The position numbers and the translations under genes are program-made. The notes beneath the pieces were generated by a model. It made no database searches, was not told the DNA's origin, and saw nothing but the letters and a program-made list of their open reading frames with translations. A stretch of DNA of 64,000 nt from Tubiluchus corallicola (taxonomy: Eukaryota; Animalia; Priapulida), in the NCBI GenBank assembly GCA_030141605.1, contig JAQGDQ010000941.1, positions 14,871 through 78,870 of the forward strand, read 5' to 3'. Positions 1 to 12,286 of this stretch are shown here, one piece after another. Numbering within the stretch: position 1 is the first letter of the stretch; every line of letters starts with the position of its first letter.

Positions 1-28
1 TCATCAAGAAAACCTATGTGGCGGATTA

Positions 29-644
29 CCGTATTTTCCCGTGTATAAGAGACCCTTGTGTATAAGAGACCCCTTCAATTTTTAGGCAAAAATTCTGGAA
101 AAAAGTTTTTTGGTAATGAATAACTTTATTCATCATAGAAATCATTAAATTCCTCATCACTCTCATCAAAAATATCAACTGCAATTCCAGCCAGTATATC
201 ATCATCAGAGGAGTCACTCTGCTCAAAAATGGCATTGTCCTCTGTGCCGTCCATGGCATTGGAGATGCCACACTTCTTGAAAGATTTAATAATGACCTCT
301 GGCTTTACACCATTCCATGCCTTGAGGACCCAGCTGCAGACTTCTCCAAGGGTTGGCTTTCTTATCTTGCCAGTTGGTGTCAGATTGGAGTCGGCATCTT
401 GCATCCACTTCGTGATTAATATTAATAATTTTATCATTAGAATTTAGCCATGGAGAAGATTTATTGAAAGGAAACTATAATTATTCGAAATAAAACAGTT
501 GTAGAGCACTTATTTCTTTAAAATCATTAGTGTCACAATTTATGCATCTGATTGAAAAGACTTACTCCCGTGTATAAGAGACCCCCTATTTTTAAAGTGA
601 AAATTCTGAGCAAAAAAGGGTCTCTTATACACGGGAAAATACGG
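29..644 (-). mobile_element. Internally deleted pogo/Tc2-type DNA transposon retaining the transposase C-terminus
   Basis: TIRs CCGTATTTTCCCGTGTATAAGAGACCC at 29 and inverted ending at 644, flanked by TA at 27-28 and 645-646. Minus ORF 126-437 (TPTGKIRKPT...WVLKAW...IIKSFKKCGISNAMDGTED plus acidic tail) resembles the C-terminus of pogo/POGK-like DDE transposases. Confidence 0.88.
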
Positions 645-1486
645 TAGTTGCCCCATATTGCTACTTTCATTTCCTAGCATAACGGCCTTTCTAGTGAAAA
701 TATGATACTTTGTGTGACACTTACAACATTTTCTGCACATCTAACAACTTGAAAACAAGAAACGAATTTTGGGAAAAATCACAATTCCCATTTTTTGCTT
801 TTTTATTGCTTTTACGAGTGTGCCCAGTTGCAAAGTTGTTTATTTAAAATTTTTATTTTTCAGTTGTTACACGTCTTATTAACATAGCTAATTCGTGGCT
901 CATAACAAGTGATTTGGTTCTTGATTGTGACTTGCAAAATGTGTGACGTTGCGTCAATTTTACCTCCTTAAACCTGTATAAGTAGCTAAAATGGCGAAAG
1001 AATTGCCGTTACCGTTTTGCCATTTTTTTACCATTTTAGCTTTTTATCTGATCATTTTTTATGTTGTGCATTTTGTGTGTTCGCATAAATACCATTAATT
1101 ACAATATATTTTTTACAATCATTACTTCTTTCAATTTAAAAAAAGTTAAAATGAAATTAGCATTTCACTTTGTTAAAATTTTATACTGGTAGAATTTACA
1201 CTGTCAAAATGTCCTACAGTCAAACTTGTACAGTTGAACCTTGTTATAACATCCAATCCCTTTCTAAAGTCAAACTCGCTTAAACCTTAATTTCTAACAA
1301 AACAAAATATCTTTATTTGCATGGATGTGTTGGTATTAATGCACCTTGTTGTAATGTCAAACTCGCTGTAATGGCAACTGTTTTGCAGGCTCAAGCTTGA
1401 CTGTGAGCAATTTGAATAATTAGTAGTTTAATAAGTAGCTAATAATTGCTAATTTCTTAATAATGGCAGATTTACGGCTTTTGTAA

Positions 1487-1923
1487 CAGGGGCGGAACTA
1501 GGGGGGAGCGAGGGGATGCCCCCTCTTGTCAAAATTTGCGCCCCCCTGCAAAATCGGACAAATAATTTTTTTGCAGTGAAAATTGCAGTTTGCGTGTAAT
1601 CATTTTCAATATGAATTAGAATTAGGTAAAAAAATGTTTGGTAGCTTCAGTGTATTATTTTCTTAAAACTTGTGTGTGATAAATTTCTGTAAATAACAAT
1701 TTAGTTAGAGGCACATTAATAACGTTAGGTTAACTGAGCGTTAATTTTCTCATTATTGCTCTGTCCGCTACGCCGTCCTACACACATGCTAATTATAGGC
1801 CTGCATGCAGTATAAAAGGGGTTAAAAATTGGCTTAACCATTATTTAACCACTTCGGATACCTCACCCCCCCAGAAAATTTTTGCGCCCCCCCCCCTGCT
1901 TGCCACATCTAGTTCCGGCCCTG
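1487..1923. mobile_element. hAT-type MITE
   Basis: Ends CAGGGGCGGAACTAG / CTAGTTCCGGCCCTG; perfect 8-bp TSD TTTTGTAA. Confidence 0.85.
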
Positions 1924-2083
1924 TTTTGTAACAATAGAAATTTTACAAAAAAAACTTCCTTTTATTGCCAGTGAACAAGAAAAAATTTCATTTGTGTATG
2001 ACGTGGTCAGTCTGAATTCTTACCTATGTCTGATTGAAGGTAGGTTTTCTTAAGTTTTGAAATTTTGTTGATTTTGTTTTCAG

Positions 2084-2216
2084 GTGTACAGGTTAGAAAA
2101 AGAAGAAGATGGAGTGGTCCTTGATCCACTGCGGGCAGTTTATGTCATTAAGGGCGTAACGGCGCACGAGCTTTGCCATTACTTCTGGGACATGGACGTT
2201 CGACTAGACTGGGACA
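2084..2216 (+). CDS. CERT1: CERT exon (VYRLEKEE...RLDWD)
   Basis: Acceptor ttttcag ends at 2083; donor gtatgt at 2217; ends phase 1. Confidence 0.9.
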
Positions 2217-5200
2217 GTATGTTACATGCTTTACTATTTGTCCAGACTGGGACAGTATGTTACATGCTTTACTATTTGTCTAGACTGGGACAGTATGTTA
2301 CATGCTTTACTATTTGTCCAGACTGGGACAGTATGTTACATGCTTTACTATTTGTCCAGACTGGGACAGTATGTTACATGCTTTACTATTTGTCCAGACT
2401 GGGACAGTATGTTACATGCTTTACTATTTGTCCAGACTGTTACAGTATGTTACATGCTTTACTATTTGTCCAGACTGGGACAGTATGTTACATGCTTTAC
2501 TATTTGTCCAGACTGGGACAGTATGTTACATGCTTTACTATTTGTCCAGACTGGGACAGTATGTTACATGCTTTACTATTTGTCCAGACTGGGACAGTAT
2601 GTTACATGCTTTACTTATTTACCTAGTTGTAGTCATCCACTTATATGGCTTAGCCGTTCATATACACTGTTGTGTTTTGTTTCTCTCGGAAGGCTCGTAG
2701 AGAAAACCAGCAAACACATCGTCAAATTAAACTACTTTATTATGCGAGAATTCTACAACACAAAAGTATGAAGGAACGCGAAATGATTACAGTAAACGTG
2801 AAAATATGGAAAACGTTTGCGTGTATCTGAAAATACAAGTGTACAAGAGAATGTGTAAGTGGCGTCCATGCGAATCCGCGTGTCAGCGGCCAGCTTCGCT
2901 TTATGTAGCGTGCCAGAGAACAGACGATTATTCTATTATGCTATGGAACATTCAGGGATGATACCCGGAATTCCGAGTTTTTGAAAGACCAGTAGCGCCA
3001 TTTTTGTAAATCGCGTTAATTCGTTGAGAAAATTTTTACGGACCCAGTACATTATTTCACAAGCTGACCGTTAGGTGGCAGGCCGTCACTTTGTTTACAT
3101 CACGTACGTCAGTGTAACCACGTGTAGATCTCTATGTATAAAAATATAGAATCAATTGTGCGGAGTTATTTGAGTCAATTGCAGACAGTTTTTATATACT
3201 TTTGCATAGGAGTGGCCAGTATTTAGGTGTTTTTGAGACAATTAGGTATCATGTATTCTTGATAGTTGGGTTTTTTAAATTATGCATGAAACAAGGTAAT
3301 TGATATTTTAAGTCCACTTAGAGGCTCTCTATGGTCACAAAATTGCAGTTTGTTGCTGTCTCCAAGGAGGCTTCACGCCTTTGAACCCCATTGAGGGAGG
3401 CTTCAGAGTTTTCAGAGTTTTTTGCAATTTGTCATTCTCATCCCTGGGAACATTCTACAATGTTCTATTTAATTCTAATAGATGCCAGTGATTTCCACAA
3501 CATAGTCTCTCTACCATGGTTAGCCAGTCAAAGGAACCACAAACCTGTCAAGGCAGCTCATATCGTTTACTCTATACGTAACACTTCGAAGGTTTCTTTT
3601 GATGATTAAAGGCCTGGGGCAAAAAGAAATTCCTGATAGGTTGCTAAAACTCTCACATGGACGACCACCATACGTATTGGAAGTAGATATTCTTTTTTTT
3701 TCATCAACTCAGTGCTGTATTATGATTCTAATCAGCAATTGAATGCAAGACCTTGGGGTTGGAATTTTCCCGCTCTCCCATTTCAGTTACACGTTCAGCA
3801 CGGCACAGCGGGACGTGAATTGTCATCTTATAACACACAACAGCTTCATCTGTATCCAAGTCATAGTAAATAGTAGGGTTGCCGTTTTATGCTGTGCATG
3901 CTGCAGGTTTTATGCTGTACATGCTGCGGGTTTTATGCTGTACATGCTGCAGGTTTTATGTTGTACATACTGTACATGCTACAGGTTTTATGCTGTACAT
4001 GCTGCTTGTTTTATGCTGTAAATGCTGCAGGTTTTATGCTGTATGTGCTGTACATGCTGCAGGTTTTATGTTGTACATACTGTACATGCTACAGGTTTTA
4101 TGCTGTACATACTGTACATGCTGCTTGTTTTATGCTGTACATGCTGCAGGTTTTATGCTGTACATACTGTTCATGCTGCAGGTTTTCCGTTGTTTCAGCT
4201 ACGCTAGAGTTCGCTCGCGTCGTAGAAACTCTCGGTTCTGACACGGTAATCGATCACCAGCAACACAAGAGGGTGTGGCCAGCCACCACCCGCGACGCCC
4301 TCTTCTGGTCACACATACGACAGTTTCGCGACGAGGAGAATAACGACGCTCTTCCATTGTGGATAACCTGCAATTATTCAACGGAGCATCCCAGCTGCCC
4401 GGTACTTTTTGTTTTTAGCTTATTTCCAAGAAGCTATTAATGATACATTGTTACATACATTATAATACAATGTTCTACTACTATGAAACAAAACAAAAAT
4501 TGTAGTGGGTGGTAATTTCAATATTTTTAAGTGTAAATTAAAGTACATTGAAAGTTGTTTAAGTTATTTAAGTTTTATTTGTGGTTTCTCCATCACAAGA
4601 AGACTGTAACTTTGTTGCAAATTTGCAAACATGTATGTATGATTTACGTATGCTCTCTAAACATATTTTTACAATACATTATAAGTGAATCAATGAATCA
4701 AGTGAACTTAGAGTGTCGCGAAGTTCGTCTTAATTGCTTCGCGTTGATTAACTTGACTTTTAAATATTACATTGTGTCTTCTTGCTCATTTTTTCATCTC
4801 ATTCCCTCCCTTTTTTAGGCTTGTTACAACATTGAAATAGCTTAAATTTCCCTCTAATCTTACTGTACTTATTTGCTTCTGAATGACCTTTTACATTAAT
4901 AGTGTTCTAGTTATCTGTACTTAAGCTGTGTAAGACAGTTCTACCTTGAACATTTAGACCTGTGGGCTTACCCAGGCTAATTGTTCCACTGTGTTTTAGT
5001 ATAGTGGTATTTTAGTACTGATAATTATGTTATTTGATTCTGTCATTCTACCTGCTAGTATAGTTGTTATAATATAATTCCTCGTGACTTGTTAATGATT
5101 GTTTTTTTATTATTTGATTGAAAAAGCTAATAGGCTTAATAATTGTTGGCAAGGTTTAATTTCAGTAACGGCTCTCCCACCTATTTCATTGCCCACAGAG

Positions 5201-6258
5201 AGTCATCTAGTTTTTCCATCCATTGATTCATAAAGGAACTTTACATTTGTTTTGTATGACATTCTTATAGATGTTGAAGTGCATTCGTATCAGAATGAAC
5301 GTGGCAATGATCTGCCAGACAACGCTCGAGTCACCTGATGCACAACTGTCACGGGACGACATCACCACAAAGATCACTTACACAGCCGATGGTAGGTAAA
5401 CATTTTATCAGCAACATGAAGAAATAGTTTCTTAAAAACAACCTGTGATGATGTATTTACCTGTTGTGGGATGTGAGGTGGGCCATTTATCATATAGATC
5501 AGGGGTGTGCAAATTGCGGCACGCGGGCCACTTGTGGCCCTCCGAGAGAATTTGTGCAGCCCTCGAAGAGATTTGTCAACCTAATGGAAGTGCGGCCGGG
5601 GCGATTAATTGAGTGTATCCAGCTGAAGTCCGTGCCAAGATCCCAAAGATAGTGCGGGTAGTTTTTTCTACTAGATCGGATGCCATTAACCCTTACAAGA
5701 CGGTTGTAGCTTAATGTCACTTTACTACACAGACTGTGTGATACACATTACTAATATGCATTGTAATGAAATTACCACTATCTGTCCTGAAAGTAGAAAT
5801 ATATGGTTTGTAATATAAATTTTAATAACTTCTAAAATAGTTTCTTGAGTGTGGTAGTAATGATGTACGCAGGTCGGATGCAAAAAAATCGTTATTAGGT
5901 CTTTCTGTACTTGGCTCCTTGATCAAACTGCCTGTGGCCTGCAGGAATTGCGGGAAAGTTTAATGTGGCCCGGCTAGTCAGATAATTTGCACACCCCTGA
6001 TGTTCGATTAATCTGAGATGTAAATCGATTAGGTAATTTGGGACGCATGAAAATCGCGTGTTTACGTTGCTGAGAAACCTTTGCAGTTTATACATTTGAA
6101 GTATTTGTATCCATTTTGTTTTCATTACAGTTCATCCGGGTGGATGGGCTCCGTCGTCCGTCCTGCGGGCGGTTTACAAGCGGGAGTATCCCCGTTTTCT
6201 CAAACGTTTCACTCAGTTCGTCCGGGATCGTACGGAATCGAAACCCATCATGCTGTGA
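2084..6258 (+). CDS. CERT1: Ceramide transfer protein (CERT/COL4A3BP/STARD11), 3' part, 4 exons: 2084-2216, 4199-4401, 5271-5391, 6131-6258
   Basis: Spliced translation [48 protein letters not shown]...[16 protein letters not shown]...W.TCNYSTEH-...NVAMICQT...[34 protein letters not shown]...KPIML* matches the CERT START-domain C-terminus. GT-AG introns with compatible phases; 5' exons are outside the window. Confidence 0.95.
2206..2614 (+). repeat. 38-bp tandem repeat, about 11 copies, each containing the exon end and splice donor
   Basis: Unit AGACTGGGACAGTATGTTACATGCTTTACTATTTGTCC at 2206, 2244 ... 2586. Confidence 0.95.
3884..4186 (+). repeat. Variable 21-30 bp minisatellite abutting a CERT acceptor
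   Basis: Units CATGCTGCAGGTTTTATGCTGTA with optional CATACTGTA. Confidence 0.9.
4199..4401 (+). CDS. CERT1: CERT exon ([10 protein letters not shown]...EHPSCP)
   Basis: Acceptor tgtttcag; donor gtactt at 4402; contains HKRVWP. Confidence 0.92.
5271..5391 (+). CDS. CERT1: CERT exon ([17 protein letters not shown]...ITYTAD)
   Basis: Acceptor ttcttatag; donor gtaggt at 5392; below the ORF-track threshold, translated by hand. Confidence 0.92.
5500..5999 (+). mobile_element. hAT-type MITE family A, copy 1
   Basis: TIR CAGGGGTGTGCAAATT ... AATTTGCACACCCCTG; body shared with copies at 18681, 28892, 39086 and 59935; TSD degenerate here. Confidence 0.9.
6131..6258 (+). CDS. CERT1: CERT terminal coding exon (VHPGGWAP...KPIML*)
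   Basis: Acceptor ttcattacag; START-domain PGGW motif; TGA at 6256-6258. Confidence 0.95.
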
Positions 6259-7292
6259 GCGTCCCGGAGATTTCATTATTCCGGATGTTGCCTCGTTGTC
6301 GTAATTTTGTCGGATCGTTCGATGTAACTTGAAACATCGTTTGAAGAATTAGCAACGGGTGATTTGATGTTAAAGTACAAGATAACCTTTCATAAACATA
6401 AAGCTTAAAAAATTCACTTACTGCCTTTTTACATACAGGACTTCAATCGGCAGTCACGTTGTATAAAACATGCAAATTTAAACTCCCGCGATGACCGTTA
6501 GATGCAGCCATTTTGATGAGAAGTCATTTGAAACAAGTTTAGATAACAGAGAGTAAACTTTGAAACAAATAATCGGAACATTCGTGGCGCGCTAACTGAG
6601 TAAAATTTTAAATTACTGCATGTTGTCACAAAGATTAATAATAAGTTTTTGGTTTGTCAGGGGCGCACCCAGGAGCGACATTTTACCAATTGGTGAAAAC
6701 ATTTTAAATAATTAATAATTTTCTTTTCTAGTTACGTAAGTCTTTCCAGTAGGTAAGCGGAACGCTGAGTAATATAACTTTGCATGGAAAGTTTTTTGGG
6801 ACATAGTTTAACATTGACTTTACTTCCCTGATTTACACTGTGCGTAGTGACATCAGGTAATGACACATAGTCATTGTAACGTCATGTAATGGCGCGGTCA
6901 GAACAGTGTTACGGGAGATTTAAAATGAAAACAAACAAAAATTCCGTTTAATGCGAGTACGATATACGCACAAAATTTCCGTAAAGTAATATTTTTTTCA
7001 AGCCGATTTTTCTGAAACCTACTTCAATTACCCCTTTTCTTGTTCTTTAACGATGCTGAAGGTGGCGACACGTTATCGTTTCTCAGAGGGACCAATTACC
7101 AAAGCAGGTGTCATTGCAATAATCAACATGCGTCATTTAATGACCTTATTAACGCAATTTATTCAATTTGTGTGATTGTTAGATGTTTTTAGAAGAATGT
7201 GATATCTATTTATTGATTATTTTCACCCAGCGTTAATGCATGATAATATTACGCAGGTGCAACACAGAAATCTGTAACGTTGAATTGAACTA

Positions 7293-7958
7293 CAGTCTAG
7301 CCTCGTTATCTCGCCACTGTCCGTCTAGGGCAAATTTTTGGCGAGAGGCGAGTATGGCGAGATAACGGGAATATAACGAAGTTAGTCTATATGTATATAC
7401 ATAATAGTTGATTAACATAGTGTTCCTCTATGTACATATAAAATATATTTCGCATTATGATACCAATCAACATTAAATTAGAAATGAAAACATTAAGACA
7501 AAACAGTTTTCGCTTCAGAGACATCATGTAAAGTTGCTCACACTTTGTGGAAACTCAAACTTAAACGCAGCTTTGGTGTTATAGAATAAGGATATCGGTG
7601 ACGCTTTAGTTTCTCTGCGCATTAACCAACCACAGCACTCCTAATCTAATCCTGGTGAGACACACACTAGATTAATTATGTCTGTCTATCGAGTACAGCA
7701 GCATTGTTTACATACCGCGGTTATATTGATCGACACACGGTATATGTATTGATCGATTCACCTCTGAGTTTGTCTGTTTGGCGACATAACGAATATAGTT
7801 TACACAAGCACTCATCCTAACATGACGTGGCGAGGGCGAGAAGCGAGGGTGGCGACTTAACGAGGTAAATATCAAAGCAGGAAATCCGTCCTGGTACTTT
7901 CTGTGGCGAGAGACGAGTTTGGCGGCATAACGAGGGGCGAGATAACGAGGCTAGACTG
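7293..7958. mobile_element. Tc1/mariner-pogo (Tigger-like) MITE
   Basis: Perfect TIR CAGTCTAGCCTCGTTATCTCGCC / GGCGAGATAACGAGGCTAGACTG with TA on both sides. Confidence 0.88.
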
Positions 7959-8393
7959 TATTTTGCAAGGAGGCAAGTTTAGGAGGCTGATGTTTCAACT
8001 TTGCGTGTAACGTCCTACTTCATTAATGCATTTCATGGCTATATAATTTCTTACTTATTTTAGTACATCATTTCACTGCAGGGTTGATATTTGAGATTTC
8101 ACGATAGCAGCAGATTTTATACTAAATAGAAATTTTTCTCCTAATCACCTCTTAAGTAGTTTTTTAGGATTATAGGAAAACTGTTTCTGATCATTTGATC
8201 ATCATTATTGGCATTACTATCGAATTCAATGACTGTAGATGACTACAACTACAATGACTACGACTACAACGATGACTACGACTACAACTACAATGACTAC
8301 AACCAAACTTCGCAAAGACAGCTGTGATTCAACGTTTAATCTTGAAAGACGTCTTTTTTATAATTAACTTGGTTGCCGTCCTGCCATAACCCC

Positions 8394-8528
8394 GTACATT
8401 AACTGGGTACTTCAGTTAGGCAGTCCATTCCAACTGTCCTCTGCTTTGTGATGTACTTTTTGTACATTAACTGGGTACTTCAGTTAGGCAGTCCATTCCA
8501 ACTGTCCTCTGCTTTGTGATGTACTTTT
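8394..8528. repeat. 68-bp direct tandem duplication
   Basis: GTACATTAACTGGGTACTTCAGTTAGGCAG...GATGTACTTTT occurs twice in tandem. Confidence 0.9.
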
Positions 8529-9525
8529 CCACACTTGTTAGTTATTTAGACATTTTATATATAAAAATTGCTTGTTAAATTATTTGCTTGAGTTTAATCA
8601 TTTCCTACGTTACAGGAAAGAGTTATATAAACAAGTTCTGTATGTTACACAGGGAAATAGTCTAAAATGCTGAAAGTAATTTTTTGATAAAGTATAAACT
8701 GGATAAATATGTAAGAATATCTACTCGCTAGTAGAGAGTGCATTGTTTCCCTCTAATTAGCATTAAGTATCTAAATTTCAACTACAATTACTGGACTGCA
8801 GTCCTGTAGTGTAAAAAGTACAGTAAAGTATTAATATCAATGTCTTTATTATATATTATATTATTAATATAATATAATATATAATATGTATTATTAATAT
8901 ATTGATATAATATTATATAATATTAATATCAATCATCTAAAATTTCCAAATTATCAATTAGCAATGGAATAAACCTAGCGTTACTATATTTTTGAAACAA
9001 CACCTAATCAAAAGTTTGGAATTGAGTCAGGATTTAAAGAAGAAATCTTTGGATTGCAAATCTATTGTTGTGACCATTAGACCACCCAGCCCCTTGTGTT
9101 GTTTGATTGAAATGGCCGAATGTGTTTCTGCTTTTATTGTTAAATCGGTTTTACTTTGCAAAGTGCGGCTAGTCTTAATTTACCAATTTTATTTTTTATG
9201 TCTGCGAGAGACATCTGAGAAACTTCTAGAAGGTGCAATAATTGTCTGTGATTTTAAACAAAATTTGCATTTTATCGTTGTTTGTCTTGTTTGTTTATTG
9301 CTGTATTGCAAAACCCAGTCTGCAAGTATGTGGCAATATTTACCATCAGTAAGTTAAGAATATTTCCTGTTTCTTCAGCTTTTAAGTTAAATTCAATAGC
9401 CAAAGATAAATGTTAAAACTTTGGTGCAAAAAAACTTTTTGACTCGACTGCTTTTTGCCAGTTTTTACAGTTTTTGTTTTTCATGGTGCAAACTTGACCG
9501 AGTTGTTCTAACGAGTATTGTGTAG

Positions 9526-9849
9526 ATGGTGGTGACGATGATGATGATGATGGTGGTCATGATGATGATGGTGATGGTGACGACGATGATGATGGTGGTC
9601 ATGATGATGATGATGGTGGTGGTCATGATGATGATGGTGATGATGATGGTGGTGATGATGGTGGTGACGATGATGATGGTGGTCATGATGATGATGATGA
9701 TGGTGGTGACGATGATGATGATGATGGTAGTGGTCATGACGATGATGATGATGGTGGTCATGATGATGATGATGATGGTGGTGACGATGATGATGATGGT
9801 GGTGACTGTGATGATGGTCATGATAATGATGATGATGGTGGTGACGATG
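9526..9849. repeat. Compound (ATG/GTG)n trinucleotide repeat
   Basis: Direct reading; it produces the spurious poly-His and poly-Met ORFs. Confidence 0.95.
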
Positions 9850-10389
9850 CAACTGTTTACTTAGCCTTATCCACTTGTCCTTGTGAAATTTTTGCACGGA
9901 AAAAGTTTGTTCCTAAGCTGATCTGTTAAATTCTGACACGTCTGATGTTATGTTCCAAAACTTAAAGTTGCCCAAAAGAACTATAATATATATAGTAGTT
10001 TTCTAGCATGGGATGGTCTACTCAGCAAGAATATTTATTTATGATATTTTTACTTTTACCGTTGGGCAGTGTATTGGAAGGGTGGCAAGATTCTGTTTTG
10101 TACGGTGCAGTGAGTGATGACTTTGTCAGTGTGTTGACCATTCTGGTTTTCAGTACATATGGATACCTGTGAGTTTACATGTCAGTTAAAACACAAGAAA
10201 ACGATCTTTATAAACAAAGCTTAGCAATTTCGTCTAGAAATTTTGTATCACTTACACGCTGTTTTATTCCATTTAGTGCGTTGGCAGTGATGCCGTATAA
10301 AATTTGTAAATTGAACTTCTGCAATGGCTGCTATGCGTAGCCGTTTTAATGGTAAGTCATTTGAAACAACGTTAAATATATATATATAA

Positions 10390-10870
10390 TAATCTTTATC
10401 TGCCATTAAAATACATTGATAATCACTGATAAAAACTTTACAGAGATGATCAATCAGTGTTAGTTAATAAAAACTTACACTGCTAAAGGCAAATGCGTCA
10501 GTGCAATCTAAACTACTGTGCAGTAATGGAAAGTAACGACGAATAAAATCAAACATATTTACAACTATGCACAAATATATATATATAAATTCTGGATTAG
10601 TGTGTATGTTGTCGTACCGGTGTGATGGTATTTCATATCTGGTTAATATTAGTGATTTTAATTTTGTTTTAAATGCTGATAGGGACTTGATTTGTTTAAC
10701 CTGTATTGGTAGAGAATTCCAAAGTGGAATTGCTTGCTTGATTACAGAGTTCGTTCCAAAAATTTACCACTGATGATGTGTAAAAGTTTAAAAATTCATC
10801 TGGGCGTTCATAGAATACTCTTTGCTAACTAGGCTAAAGTTTAAATTGCTTTGTATTGTCATTAAGATAC
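10390..10870 (-). mobile_element. Degraded LINE (CR1/L2-like) 3' fragment
   Basis: Minus strand reads FGTNSVIKQAIPLWNSLPIQVKQIKSLSAFKTKLK, the typical post-RT WN.LP...S...FK motif. Confidence 0.6.
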
Positions 10871-11035
10871 ATAATATGGTGAATCAGTGGTGCACACTGG
10901 GATGGTGAGTCAGTGGTGCACACTGGGATGGTGAATCAGTGGTGCACACTGGAATGGCGATGCATTTATTTTTCTAGTTGGAGTTTTCCCGATTCATAAG
11001 TCTTTCAAGCAGGCAAACATAAAGCTAAGCAGTGT

Positions 11036-11447
11036 AACTTATAGTTAGAACACCACAACTTTATTAGAACTTTTTTATTGACATGGTTAAAAAATCATGT
11101 CAAACGTTTCTACAGAGCTACTGCTGTCATCATCAGTGGTAAATTTTTACAAAACATAAAGCCAGTTTATATTGGCAGAGCCTATAGTATAGAACGTTAT
11201 GCACTAATTATGTTAAAACTTTTGTGAAAGTGAAATTTATTGACGAAAAGAGGTTTAGTTTAAGGGCGGCGAAAAGAAATGAAAAAGTTGTAAGTTGTGT
11301 AAAACCACTTTAAGAGAAGCCAGATTGGTACTGAACTGGTTGTTTGTTTATAAAAATTTACCACTGATGATGACCAAACATTTGACATGATTTTTGAACT
11401 ATTTAAATTAAAGGTTTCAGTATAGCAGTGGCGTTTTAGCTATGAAT
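11036..11447. mobile_element. Inverted pair of Penelope-like terminal repeat remnants with hammerhead-like core
   Basis: Arms about 11036-11180 and 11319-11447 are inverted copies. The minus arm reads CTGATGA-TGACAG-CAGTAGCT-CTGTA-GAAA-CGTT. Confidence 0.55.
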
Positions 11448-11767
11448 GTTTTTAAGTGCCTGTAACAAAAAATTAAAGTAACTTAGTGTGGAAAATTCTT
11501 TGGGATATTGTTTAAAATTCCCCTTCCCGTTGAAGATTCCCTGTCTTGGTGTTTTTGTATGATATGATCTTACGTAATGCCAGAAAGTGCAATTATACTG
11601 TTTGAGTTTGTAACATTGTTCTATTCATTTCTTCTGTAGAAAAAAGTTGTTCCTTTGAGTAAAATCAAAAAGCTTTATACAGATTTGACGCGACAAAAAT
11701 GCAGTTTATTAGTGAAGAGAACAGAATGATTTAGGGGAGAAAAAGGGAGAGAAAAAACTGTTGAATT

Positions 11768-12013
11768 CAGGGCCTATTTCAGCCTAAGCGAGGCCCAGGG
11801 CAGTGGGGCGTGTGAAGCTAGCGCCCAGAAAATTTTTGAACTGCTAGAATGCCGGAGAAGCATTTCGAAAAGAAAATATGGAGTTATACAGTTGTTAGAG
11901 GAAAGAACAATTGAAAGAGAAACTGCCTTATTCTCAAGACCAGTCCGTAATACTTGTCAATACTGGCAAATAGCGCGCGTGCAGTAAGAGAGGGGGAGAC
12001 AGAGAGAGAGAGA

Positions 12014-12072
<59 letters not shown>

Positions 12073-12114
12073 GGGGGGAGGGAAAGAGAGAGAGAAAGGG
12101 AGAGAGAGAGAGAG

Positions 12115-12171
<57 letters not shown>

Positions 12172-12286
12172 GCGGCAGTATGTTCGCATAAAGCAAAAAA
12201 ATGTTACCTTCGCGCGAGGTCCCCTGGACGGTGAGGCCCCGGGGAAGTATCCCCACTTCACCCCCCCCCCCCCAAAATAGGCCCTG
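11768..12286. mobile_element. hAT-type MITE containing a (GA)n tract
   Basis: TIR CAGGGCCTATTT / AAATAGGCCCTG; perfect 8-bp TSD GTTGAATT. Confidence 0.88.

Noticed and set aside
5464-6125. Recurrent small ORFs ([16 protein letters not shown]...) also at 28867 and 39366
   Set aside because: They recur only because MITE family A recurs; no transposase similarity.
9465-9897. Poly-His / poly-Met ORFs
   Set aside because: Translations of an (ATG/GTG)n microsatellite.
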